Origin: Candidatus Woesearchaeota archaeon
GTDB lineage: Archaea > Nanobdellota > Nanobdellia > Woesearchaeales > JACPBV01
DNA length: 64,000 nucleotides
Direction: 5' to 3'
Assembly: GCA_016180135.1 (NCBI GenBank)
Contig: JACPBV010000004.1
Location: 26,868 to 90,867 of the forward strand
Part shown: positions 1-7,970 of the stretch, one piece after another
How the letters are laid out: each line of letters opens with the position of its first letter
Numbering within the stretch: position 1 is the first letter of the stretch
Position numbers and translations under genes: made by a program
Notes under the pieces: generated by a model
Seen by the model: the letters and a program-made list of their open reading frames with translations, nothing else
The model's database searches: none
Told to the model about the DNA's origin: nothing

Positions 1-1
1 T

Positions 2-241
2 TCCTGGCTCGAGACTGACCTGAAGGGCATAGCTCAGGAGCTCCTCTCGAAGGAGTCCCTCGCAAAGCGGAAGCTCTTCAGCTACAGCTATGTGGAAAAG
101 CTCTGGAACAGCTACAAAAGCGCAAAAGTCTATTACAGCCGCCAGCTTTGGACGCTGCTGAACTTTGAATTGTGGTCAAGAATCTACCTTGACAGGGAAG
201 ATATTGCTGACGGAGATATCCTGCTGAAGGATGTCCTTTAG
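2..241 (+). CDS. asparagine synthase-like protein, C-terminal fragment (gene starts upstream of window)
   Basis: Frame 2 is open from base 2 to TAG at 239-241. My translation ...LFSYSYVEKLWNSYKSAKVYYSRQLWTLLNFELWSRIYL... parallels the C-terminus of the full AsnB-type ORF at 7971-9884 (...GQKVWMLLNVEIWLREYF). Confidence 0.55.
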   Translation, partial: SWLETDLKGIAQELLSKESLAKRKLFSYSYVEKLWNSYKSAKVYYSRQLWTLLNFELWSRIYLDREDIADGDILLKDVL

Positions 242-248
242 TCGAATA

Positions 249-280
249 AACCTCCTAACCCCTAAACCTCCTAACCCCTA
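249..280. repeat. perfect 16-nt tandem duplication (aacctcctaaccccta x2) abutting the ATG at 281
   Basis: Read directly: 249-264 and 265-280 are identical. The tract is G-free. Confidence 0.8.
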
Positions 281-2002
281 ATGACTCCCATCATCCGCAT
301 AGGCAACGAGCTCCACCCCGTCTCCGGCATAGAAGGCTCCCCGAATGCCGAGATGATATTCCAGCACGCCCTGCTCAACGAAAACGAAAAGAGGGGGGAA
401 AGGGGGAAGGTCTCAGGAGAAAAGATCTTCAGCGATAAAAACCTTGGAGAGAAAACTGATAATTCAAAAATCCCCATGAAGAAATCACGGGAAGATGGAT
501 CCCAGGGAAATAAATCCCAATTTGAGTTTATAATGTTTTCAAGGCCGTTTTCCAAAGAGACAAAGCAGAAATGCCTCAATGATGCGTATGCCTCGGACAG
601 GGAGGTTTTGAACTTCCTCCTGTCCAGCGAAAGGTGGTATGGGCCGATGGTATCCAGCAAGGCCGAAGCCTGGGCTCTTATTCAAAACACCTATTTCATC
701 CCATGGACTTCTTTCGAAAGGCTTTGCTATTGGTTTGTAAAAAAATCATTTTTGAAAAGTTTTTTTTACGGGCTGCTGGCCATAAGCTACCATCGGAGAA
801 CTGCGTCAGCGATCCAAAAGCTCCGTCTCCAAGCTCCTATCATCCACCTGTATAACCGCCCGTTGGCATGGCTGATGAAACCGAAGTTGAAAGGCTGCAG
901 GCCGATTTTTGTTTTGGAGATGCAGAACAGCCATCTCGTGCAGAAGCATAGTATCTTCAAAGGCATCATTCAGAAATTGCTCAACAGTGCTGCTGCTCAG
1001 TTCAAAAAGATAATTTTTGTCAGCGATTTTCTCAGAGATGAGTATAGGGGAGAGTGTAAAGGAGAATGTAAAGGAGAATGTAGGGGAGAGTGTAAAGGAG
1101 AATGTAAGGGAGAGTGTAAGGAAGAGTGTAAAGGAGAATGTAAGGGAGAGTGTAAAACCGAATCTGCAGATGAAAAAATTGAAGAAAGCCGCCACAGCGA
1201 TTGCTCATGCTCACCTCATTTATCCCAATATTCCGTCGCATATAACGGAGTCTCAACAATACATCAGTATTTGGGAGCTCATCCTGCCTTATTGGCAGGA
1301 GATGGCCTGAGCCTCTCGCATTGGAAGTCCTCGCTGTTCCCGCAGTTGAAAAACCTCACTCCAGACACCAGCCTCCGCATCCTCTTCAGCGGAAGGATTG
1401 TGAGGGAAAAAGGCCTCCATATACTTTTGGATGCCCTCCGGCTTCTTGCTGATAGCCGGCAGAAAAGAAATTCGGTAAGGAAGAAGCAGATCCAGAAAAT
1501 AGAGCTGCGCATAGCCGGCTCGCCGTATTTTGGCAGAGAGGGAAGCTCCCCCTATGTTCGGGAAATCCTCCGGAAGATAAAGCAGCTTGAGCTGGAAAAT
1601 ATCAAGATAACCTTTATGGGATTCCTTGACAAATGCTCCCTCTCGAAGGAATACCTTGCGGCAGATATTCTCGTCGTTCCTTCATTATGGGACGAGCCCT
1701 TCGGCAACGTGGTTATCGAGGGGATGTATTTCAAATGCATTGTCGTTGCAGCAAGGAGTGGAGGGATTCCTGAGATACTAGAAAACAAAAAGACAGGATT
1801 CTTGGTCAGCAAAGGAAATGCTTCTGAGCTTTCCCGCCTGCTTGAAAATATCAGCCTGCGAACCCCAAGGGATGATGCCTCCCTTAAAGCCCTGGCCAGA
1901 AACGCAAAAAAGAGCGTTGAGCAGAAATTTCTGATGCAGCACCATTTCAGTGCCGTGATGGATGTTTACAGAGAGATTGTCAAAAATGAAACCTGGCGAT
2001 AG
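281..2002 (+). CDS. glycosyltransferase family 4 (GT-B, GT1-type C-terminal domain) with low-complexity insertions
   Basis: The C-terminal half has the classic GT4 pattern: RILFSGRIVREKGLHILLDAL ... ADILVVPSLWDEPFGNVVIEGMYFKCIVVAARSGGIPEIL..KTGFLV. The N-terminal start is uncertain. Confidence 0.8.
   Translation: MTPIIRIGNELHPVSGIEGSPNAEMIFQHALLNENEKRGERGKVSGEKIFSDKNLGEKTDNSKIPMKKSREDGSQGNKSQFEFIMFSRPFSKETKQKCLNDAYASDREVLNFLLSSERWYGPMVSSKAEAWALIQNTYFIPWTSFERLCYWFVKKSFLKSFFYGLLAISYHRRTASAIQKLRLQAPIIHLYNRPLAWLMKPKLKGCRPIFVLEMQNSHLVQKHSIFKGIIQKLLNSAAAQFKKIIFVSDFLRDEYRGECKGECKGECRGECKGECKGECKEECKGECKGECKTESADEKIEESRHSDCSCSPHLSQYSVAYNGVSTIHQYLGAHPALLAGDGLSLSHWKSSLFPQLKNLTPDTSLRILFSGRIVREKGLHILLDALRLLADSRQKRNSVRKKQIQKIELRIAGSPYFGREGSSPYVREILRKIKQLELENIKITFMGFLDKCSLSKEYLAADILVVPSLWDEPFGNVVIEGMYFKCIVVAARSGGIPEILENKKTGFLVSKGNASELSRLLENISLRTPRDDASLKALARNAKKSVEQKFLMQHHFSAVMDVYREIVKNETWR
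1047..1156 (+). repeat. in-frame 12-nt tandem repeat encoding (G-E-C-K/R)n inside the GT4 gene
   Basis: About 9 units of ggaga(a/g)tgtaa(a/g) translate to RGECKGECKGECRGECKGECKGECKEECKGECKGECK. They lie between the two Rossmann-like halves. Confidence 0.85.
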
Positions 2003-2229
2003 TAATCTTCCTCAACTTTATGCTGAAGTCGGGGATTTAGCCGGGAAGTAGTATGGTGCGCTCTGTTGTTCAGGTAATGCAGCAAAGAGGCAGGTGTATG
2101 TGCACAGTTTTTTACGTCTTACTTTTCTTGTGCCCATAACTTCTGATCTGGTCAATAATCAAGCCCGAGAACAAGATATCTCTCCATCACGCCAGATTTT
2201 ATAGCCCCTCATTCAATCTTAAAATAGGG

Positions 2230-3135
2230 TTATTCCCCAGAACCGCCATCCAGCCTCAACACTGCCGACATTACAGCCCCCAACCCATAAGCCAGCGCAG
2301 TCATCAGCGCTATTACTGTTCCTGCTGTAGAAGGATCGATATGCAGCGATGTGAGCATCACAAAAAGCGCAGACTCCCTCAATCCCAATCCAGAAAGCGT
2401 GAAGGGGACAAAAGACAGCAGCGTCGCAGTGTTGAACACCACCACCAGCATAAAAAAAGGCGCCTTTCCGCCAATCGCATAAAAAAGCAGCAGGGGAACA
2501 AGCCCGCCGACCGCTATTTTTGAGGCAGTAAATATCAGATTGAGCGCCAGCGCCTTCCTTCCGACAGTAAAATACCCTTTCAAAGTCCTGTAGAAGCCGG
2601 TGAACTGCGCATCATACTTTCCCAGCAGTCTTTTTCGGACAAATTTTCTGGCCTTTTCCGATGCCAGGAAAAAACCCCCCAGCGCAAGAGCCGCAGCTAA
2701 AAGAAAAAAGAGCCCCAAAGCCTGCCCCGGAAGGAAAAGATAAGCCCCGATTATTGCAATCAGAAGGGTAAAAAAAAGTGAAGTGATTTTATTTGTGATG
2801 ATTGCCGCCAGGCTTTCTCCGATAGTAAGCCCCCGTTTCCTGAAATAGGGGATGATAATAAGGTCGCCTGCCCTGCCCGGCAGCAGAAGCCCTGCGCTCC
2901 AGGAGTAAAGATACCCTTGGATAGTTCCCTTCAGCGAAACTTTGGGAAACTGGCTTACAAGCACAAAGAGGCTCATCCCGTCGATGAGCAGTGTTGCGAT
3001 GATGGCTGCGGCAGCTAAAAAGAGCAGCAGCAAATCTCCCTTCCCTAAAATCTCCAGAACTTCCGCAGCCCCAACTTTAAAAAAAAAGAATGCCAGCAGG
3101 GCAGCGCTGACGGTCAGCTTGATCCAGAGTTTCAT
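2230..3135 (-). CDS. flippase-like / LPG-synthase-TM (UPF0104) family membrane protein
   Basis: Polytopic. MKLWIKLTVSAALLAFFFFKVG...LLPGRAGDLIIIPYFRKRGL is typical of this family. I trimmed the ORF-track start (3429) to Met99 (3135), because the upstream 98 aa lie in a degenerate repeat and run into the neighbouring gene. Confidence 0.65.
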   Translation of the reverse strand: MKLWIKLTVSAALLAFFFFKVGAAEVLEILGKGDLLLLFLAAAAIIATLLIDGMSLFVLVSQFPKVSLKGTIQGYLYSWSAGLLLPGRAGDLIIIPYFRKRGLTIGESLAAIITNKITSLFFTLLIAIIGAYLFLPGQALGLFFLLAAALALGGFFLASEKARKFVRKRLLGKYDAQFTGFYRTLKGYFTVGRKALALNLIFTASKIAVGGLVPLLLFYAIGGKAPFFMLVVVFNTATLLSFVPFTLSGLGLRESALFVMLTSLHIDPSTAGTVIALMTALAYGLGAVMSAVLRLDGGSGE

Positions 3136-3169
3136 GGTAAGAGGTTTTATCTTCTGGGAAATCCATCTC

Positions 3170-3290
3170 AACAGTAATCTTCTTCCGATGGGCGCATTCT
3201 CCCGATGGAAGGGTGTCTCAACAGGAATCTTTTTCCTGTGAAATGCTCCCTTAATAGGAATCTTCTCCCGCTGGAAAGGCTCTCCCGAAG
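3170..3290. repeat. degenerate ~33-nt tandem repeat in the spacer between two minus-strand genes
   Basis: Minus-strand units are ttccagcgggagaagattcctattaagggagca / tttcacaggaaaaagattcctgttgagacaccc / ttccatcgggagaatgcgccc.... Identity is about 50-60 percent by eye. Confidence 0.35.
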
Positions 3291-3296
3291 GAAAAT

Positions 3297-4208
3297 TTAT
3301 CTTTTCAGCATATCCGCTAAAAAGCCAAACAGCGTTATCTGGATTCCCGTCATGATGAACAGCGCGCTTAAGATGACCCTTGGGATTCCGCCGACATTCC
3401 CTGCAGTCAGGACAGAATACACTATCCACGCCCCGAGAACTATCCCCAGTCCGATAAAGAACATCCCCACCGCCCCGAAAAACTTCAGTGGCTCATAATC
3501 CCTGTAGATGCGTAAGATATTCATTCCGGCCCTCCCTGCATAGGAGAAAGGATTGCTTATCAGCCTGCTCTTATCCTTCCTTCGTGCGAAATGCACGGGC
3601 ACCTCAGCTATTTTAAGCTTTTGCTTTACTGCCCGGATGATCTGCTCCTGGGTGTAAGTGTGGAGAGAATAAACTGGCAGTCTCGCAGCCTCCGCAGTGA
3701 ACGCCCTAAACCCAGTCTGGCTGTCAGTTATCTTCTTCCCTGCGATGCCCGACACAACCATCGAAAAAGCCTTATTCCCGAATCTTTTCACCAAAGGCAT
3801 GCTTTCAATATGCCCCGTAAAGCGTGAGCCTAACACCAGATCAGCTTTCTTCTCAATAATCGGCCTGAGCAGCGAAGGTATGTCTTTTGCCAGATACTGC
3901 CCGTCAGCGTCGATGTGGACGATGATCTCAGCCCCCAGCCGTAAAGCTTCCTTCATCTCAGTCCTGAACGTCTCCCCTAACCCCTTATTTGTAGGATGAG
4001 AAACCACCTTTGCCCCGAGGCCAAGCGCAATCTTTCTCGTGTTATCCTTGCTCCCGTCATCAGCAACGAGGATGATTGCCTGAGGCAATATTTCCCTGAT
4101 GCCAATGATTGCATTGCCGATAGTCTTCTCTTCATTAAATGCAGGGATAGTAACAACTATCCTGGGATTTTTCCCGCCCATAAATTTCTCCGCTTTCTCT
4201 CCGCCCAT
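3297..4208 (-). CDS. GT2 glycosyltransferase, dolichyl/polyprenyl-phosphate sugar synthase-like, with C-terminal TM helices
   Basis: VVTIPAFNEEKTIGNAI...LVADDGSKDNT...HIDADGQY matches the GT-A DxD-type pattern, and there are two C-terminal TM segments. The start is set at Met22 (4208), so a TATA-like box at 4231-4238 lies 23-30 nt upstream. Confidence 0.8.
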   Translation of the reverse strand: MGGEKAEKFMGGKNPRIVVTIPAFNEEKTIGNAIIGIREILPQAIILVADDGSKDNTRKIALGLGAKVVSHPTNKGLGETFRTEMKEALRLGAEIIVHIDADGQYLAKDIPSLLRPIIEKKADLVLGSRFTGHIESMPLVKRFGNKAFSMVVSGIAGKKITDSQTGFRAFTAEAARLPVYSLHTYTQEQIIRAVKQKLKIAEVPVHFARRKDKSRLISNPFSYAGRAGMNILRIYRDYEPLKFFGAVGMFFIGLGIVLGAWIVYSVLTAGNVGGIPRVILSALFIMTGIQITLFGFLADMLKR

Positions 4209-4228
4209 AAGGGAAACTAAAAGAGAAT

Positions 4229-4240
4229 CATTTAAATAGG
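4229..4240. promoter_or_regulatory. palindromic TATA-like box (catttaaatagg) between divergent genes
   Basis: The core atttaaat is its own reverse complement. It lies 23-30 nt from the minus-strand ATG (4208) and 33-40 nt from the plus-strand ATG (4271). Confidence 0.4.
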
Positions 4241-4270
4241 TTTCCAACCTTTGCATCTCAAGAGCAGCCA

Positions 4271-6202
4271 ATGAGCATTTTCACAATCTTGCTATTCTTC
4301 CTCTACACCTACGGCCTAGGCTTTTCCATAACCTTCTTCTTCAAAAACGCAGAAAACTTCTTCGAAAGGCACATCATGAGGGTAGGGATCGGCCTTGCAG
4401 TGCTCCCCTTTCTCCTCGTCGTCCTGGACATTTTCAGAATTCCCCTCGACTGGAAGCTGGTTTTAGGCCTTTCCTTAGCCATCCCCATCTACCGCCTTCT
4501 GAAGGGCAGAAGGGGCATACCATCTAGCCTCAGTCTTCCGCAGCTTAAGGTTACCAGGTCCGGGCTTAACGCTCTTATTATTTTTATAATCTTCGTCATC
4601 ACCTTCTATATGTATTCCTCAGGCGCATTCAGCTACGCTTACCTCGAGGATGATGACCCCTGGGCGCATGCCGTCGGCGTAAAGTATGTGGCGATGGAAA
4701 AAAATTTTGATGACCCTGAAAACAACCTCTTTTACATTAAGACGTATCCTCCGGGATATGACGGCCTGCTCGGCATCCTCCACCAGACTTCCCCATCATT
4801 GCTGTGGACGATGAAGTTCTTTAATGCGCTTATCATCTCTTTAGGCATTTTCTTCTTCTATTATTTCGCAAAAAATTTCATGCAGAGCGAAAGGAAAGCC
4901 CTTTATGCCGCACTTGCCCTTGCCATGCTTCCTTCCTACTTGAGCCATTTCATCTGGGCGCATAGCCTGGTCATCACCCAATTCATCGTCTCCCTGTATT
5001 GCATTGAGATGCTCAGGCAGGAAAAGCGCTGGTCGCTCCCCATCGCATTAACGATAGCGGGAGCAGCTGTCGTCCAGCCTGACCAGCCGATTAAATTCCT
5101 GGTGATGTATATTATCTATTTCGCCATTAGCAGCATCGCAGAAAAAAAGTTCCAGTGGAGGCTTGCGCTTGCCGTCAAGTCCGGCTATCTTCTTTCGCTG
5201 GCATGGTGGGGCTTTAACGCCGGTAATTTCTTTAGCAGATTCTTCTCTTACAACCGTGCAAGGGCAGGGATAGATGCAGCAGCCTCATCATCATTATCAT
5301 CATCGTCATTATCCTCATCTTTGCTGGAAAAGCCGCTGCTTGAAAAAGCCTGGAGCGCCATTACCTCTACGTTCCCCCCCAACAGCGGAACAGCGACAAG
5401 AGCCTACACCTTCAATGATTTTTTTGTCGCAAAATCCCAGAACCTGATCAACAATCCTATCGGCATCGGCATTGCGCTTTCCCTTCTTGCGGTTATCGGA
5501 ATCCTCCTTATCCTTGCAGCCTGGAAAACGATGGGCAGGGAAAAAAAGCGATGGACTGCAATTGCTCTTTTTTGGCTTCTCTTCGCTTTTCTGGGAGTCA
5601 ACAGCCTCACCTTCCACCTTCCCGTCGGGCTTTTTGCATTCCGTTTTTGGATGCTGATGGCCATCCCCCTCTCGATCTTAGCGGGAGAGGGCATTGATTC
5701 AGTCGCCCGGTTGGGGAAGGGCATAGGGATTCCAAGGGCGCTCACTTCCATACTCCTCATCACTGCACTATTCTTCACAGGGGGGGTCCAGAAATATGCA
5801 GTAAACACCGCTCAATGGTATCCCGGCCAGTTCTGGACTTCAAACGAAGAGATTCAGGGCTATGTCTGGCTTACCACGCTTCCCGTAAACACCAAAGTTT
5901 TCTCATACTCTAACGACGAACAGGTCATCGGGATGGACAAGTTCAGCTGCCAGTGGTGCAGCGAAGTTGTTGAATTCAGAAAAGGCCTGCTGGAAAAGAA
6001 TATCTCAGAAGCCTATCCCTGGCTGAAGCAGCAAAACTACGAGTATGTGATGGTAGACGGGATGACGGTCAAAAACTTTCAGGCGCAGTATGGCAATGCT
6101 ACAGCGCAGCTGGTGAACCAAAAGATAAGCGAAATTGCCTCATCAGGAAAATTCCAGCCGGCATTCCAGAATCAGGGCGTGGTAGTCTTTAAGGTCATTT
6201 AG
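4271..6202 (+). CDS. polytopic membrane protein, GT-C-fold glycosyltransferase-like (ArnT/PMT/STT3-like), with a soluble C-terminal domain
   Basis: There are more than 10 predicted TM segments. An acidic first-loop motif YLEDDDPWAHAVGVKY resembles the GT-C catalytic loop. No WWDYG motif is present. A Ser/Leu microsatellite stretch (SSSLSSSSLSSS) is also present. Confidence 0.5.
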   Translation: MSIFTILLFFLYTYGLGFSITFFFKNAENFFERHIMRVGIGLAVLPFLLVVLDIFRIPLDWKLVLGLSLAIPIYRLLKGRRGIPSSLSLPQLKVTRSGLNALIIFIIFVITFYMYSSGAFSYAYLEDDDPWAHAVGVKYVAMEKNFDDPENNLFYIKTYPPGYDGLLGILHQTSPSLLWTMKFFNALIISLGIFFFYYFAKNFMQSERKALYAALALAMLPSYLSHFIWAHSLVITQFIVSLYCIEMLRQEKRWSLPIALTIAGAAVVQPDQPIKFLVMYIIYFAISSIAEKKFQWRLALAVKSGYLLSLAWWGFNAGNFFSRFFSYNRARAGIDAAASSSLSSSSLSSSLLEKPLLEKAWSAITSTFPPNSGTATRAYTFNDFFVAKSQNLINNPIGIGIALSLLAVIGILLILAAWKTMGREKKRWTAIALFWLLFAFLGVNSLTFHLPVGLFAFRFWMLMAIPLSILAGEGIDSVARLGKGIGIPRALTSILLITALFFTGGVQKYAVNTAQWYPGQFWTSNEEIQGYVWLTTLPVNTKVFSYSNDEQVIGMDKFSCQWCSEVVEFRKGLLEKNISEAYPWLKQQNYEYVMVDGMTVKNFQAQYGNATAQLVNQKISEIASSGKFQPAFQNQGVVVFKVI

Positions 6203-6330
6203 GAAAAGATTTTAGAGTTGGGTGTTTGTCAAATCACGGGAAATCCCCCCTCCCCCCTTTAGGCGGGGACGAGGTCACGATGGGTATACCTTTCTCGTTG
6301 GGCATTATCTTTTTTAGGGCTGTAGAAATA

Positions 6331-7761
6331 TCATCGAGGGAAAAAACTCTTCAGGAGCTCCCTTTCTTCTTTATGGATCCCCCCTAATGATGCTAAAGCG
6401 ATGCCGTAGACGAGGACTGCAAGGGGGACAAGGACAGCAATAGGCAGGAAATCAAGCCGCACGATGGCTATCCCCATGATGGCTGCTGAAAGGATTGGCT
6501 TGTAGCTTAGCCTGATGAGGTCCAGCCTGTAGCCGTGCTTCTGTGCGGAAAGGTAGAGCAGGATGAAGCTCAGCGCCTGCGAGATTACTGTCGCAAAAGC
6601 CGACCCCAGATAGCTTAAGGGCGGAATCAGTGCGAGATTCAGGATCACATTTGCTATTGAGGAAACGATGATAGCTTTGGTGAATGCCTGCTGCTGGTTG
6701 ATCGAGCTCAGAAGGTAGCCTAAGATGAAGTTGACAAACAGGAAGATGAAGGATAACGAAAGGATCTGCAGGACAATCCCTGATTCAGTGAACTGATGCT
6801 TGTAGAAAAACAGGATAAACCGCTGGGCAAGCAGGAATGTTCCGACGGAGATGGGGGCAGATGCAGCAACCATATAGTAAAACGATTTTTCGTAAAGCTT
6901 CATCAGCTCTTTTTTTGCGTTGAAATGATGGAACCGTGACATCGCAGGCACCGTCGCATTGATCACCGCAACAGGGATGAAGGAAATGCCGGACACGAGT
7001 GCAGAGCCTGCGCTGAACCATCCTGTTGCCTGATAGCTCTTGAGCCACGTCAGCATGACTTTATCGGTTTGCTGATACATCACCTCAAAGACCCGTGCTG
7101 CCCAGAACGGCAGGGAATGCATTGCCATAGATTTCCAGAGCTGGATATCTGCGCTGATGGCGGGCCTGAAGAAAAATTTCCAGCAAAGGAATCCGCTGAA
7201 GAGCAGAGTGATAATCTTTCCAAGGATCAGCCCCGCTAATAATCCTAATATCCCATACCCCCATGCAAGCGCAGCTGCGCCAAACACTAAGGCAGTAATC
7301 CTGTCAACAGCCATGGTGGAGACAGTAAACTCATTCCGCTCAAATGCCTTGAACACTACTCCGAGCATGAGGTGCATCTGGGAGATGAGCTCATGCGCCA
7401 TCACCAGGAAGATGACCCACAGGATTTCCTGGGTCTTTGGCCAAAGATAGCCCAGCGCAGCAGCTGCAGCATAAGTCCCAAGGATAAGCGCTGCCCTCAA
7501 TCCAAGCGCATTGCCGATAAGCTGTTTTGCCCTGTCTTTGTGCCTCGAGATCTCCCTGAGGAGGTAGGCCATGATCCCTGCGTGGGAAAAGACAACAAAA
7601 AGCCCGATGAAAGCGAACGCAAACGCATACTTCCCGTAGCCCACATCACCAAGATAGCGGGTGATGAGGATAATAAGGATAAAGGAAAGTATCTTGTTGA
7701 TTATTTCTGCCGTAAAAAGATATCCGGTGTTTTTTGCGATGATCTTTGCGGTGGACATCAT
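6331..7761 (-). CDS. MOP-superfamily oligosaccharide/polysaccharide flippase (Wzx-like)
   Basis: 476 aa with about 12-14 TM segments. The N-terminus IAKNTGYLFTAEIINKILSFILIILITRYLGDVGYGKYAF is typical of polysaccharide biosynthesis (Wzx) proteins. Confidence 0.8.
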   Translation of the reverse strand: MMSTAKIIAKNTGYLFTAEIINKILSFILIILITRYLGDVGYGKYAFAFAFIGLFVVFSHAGIMAYLLREISRHKDRAKQLIGNALGLRAALILGTYAAAAALGYLWPKTQEILWVIFLVMAHELISQMHLMLGVVFKAFERNEFTVSTMAVDRITALVFGAAALAWGYGILGLLAGLILGKIITLLFSGFLCWKFFFRPAISADIQLWKSMAMHSLPFWAARVFEVMYQQTDKVMLTWLKSYQATGWFSAGSALVSGISFIPVAVINATVPAMSRFHHFNAKKELMKLYEKSFYYMVAASAPISVGTFLLAQRFILFFYKHQFTESGIVLQILSLSFIFLFVNFILGYLLSSINQQQAFTKAIIVSSIANVILNLALIPPLSYLGSAFATVISQALSFILLYLSAQKHGYRLDLIRLSYKPILSAAIMGIAIVRLDFLPIAVLVPLAVLVYGIALASLGGIHKEERELLKSFFPR

Positions 7762-7845
7762 CTCCCGAAGTGCCGGGGCAATTTATAAACCTTTGTTTAA
7801 GCCAATATTCTGCAGGATATGCTCTCAGCTTTGGTAAGAAAACTC

Positions 7846-7905
7846 CTATGAATCACTTTTCCGCAGGAGCGGCTCTGCCGCCTAAGGTCAAAACTCAATT
7901 GACAT
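7846..7905. mobile_element. solo 5-prime-arm fragment of the family-B hairpin element
   Basis: tatgaat...ccgcaggagcggctctgccgcctaaggtcaaaactcaattgac matches the B 5-prime arm (ccggcaagagcggctctgccatcctaaggtcaaaactcaact). No matching 3-prime arm follows. Confidence 0.5.
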
Positions 7906-7936
7906 TACTTTATCTGCAGGTTTTTTTTCAATAGCC

Positions 7937-7944
7937 TTTTTATA
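7937..7944 (+). promoter_or_regulatory. TATA-like box (tttttata) about 27-34 nt upstream of the asnB ATG
   Basis: Position and composition fit an archaeal TATA box with a leaderless or short-leader transcript. Confidence 0.45.
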
Positions 7945-7970
7945 CTTCCCCTCATTCGAAAGAAGAGTCT

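Noticed and set aside
249-283. Telomere-like ccctaa motifs (cctaacccctaaacctcctaacccctaa)
   Set aside because: This is only a 16-nt duplication containing two ccctaa hexamers. It is internal to the contig and sits immediately before a start codon.
271-1195. Antisense and alternative-frame ORFs from the ORF track inside the GT4 gene (271-660 minus, 806-1195 minus, 1017-1310 plus, 1032-1259 minus)
   Set aside because: They overlap a gene with clear GT4 motifs. Their products are low-complexity read-throughs of the 12-nt tandem repeat (FTLSLTFS..., YTLPYIL...). They are typical shadow ORFs.
3136-3429. N-terminal 98 aa of the ORF-track call 2230-3429
   Set aside because: This part overlaps the end of the neighbouring GT2 gene and consists of a degenerate 33-nt repeat (PFQREKIPIKGA/FHRKKIPVETP...). 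The membrane domain starts cleanly at Met99 (MKLWIKL).
4271-6202. Calling this or the other polytopic proteins AglB/STT3 oligosaccharyltransferase
   Set aside because: No WWDYG motif and no DK/MI motif are visible. The only look-alike (SLAWWGFN) sits in the wrong topological position. They are kept as generic GT-C-like.
6225-6290. Possible additional member of the hairpin repeat families (gtcaaatcacgggaaatcccccctcccccctttaggcggggacgaggtcacgatggg)
   Set aside because: It contains a C-run/G-run core look-alike but no recognisable terminal inverted repeat or shared arms. It may simply be a convergent-gene terminator region.
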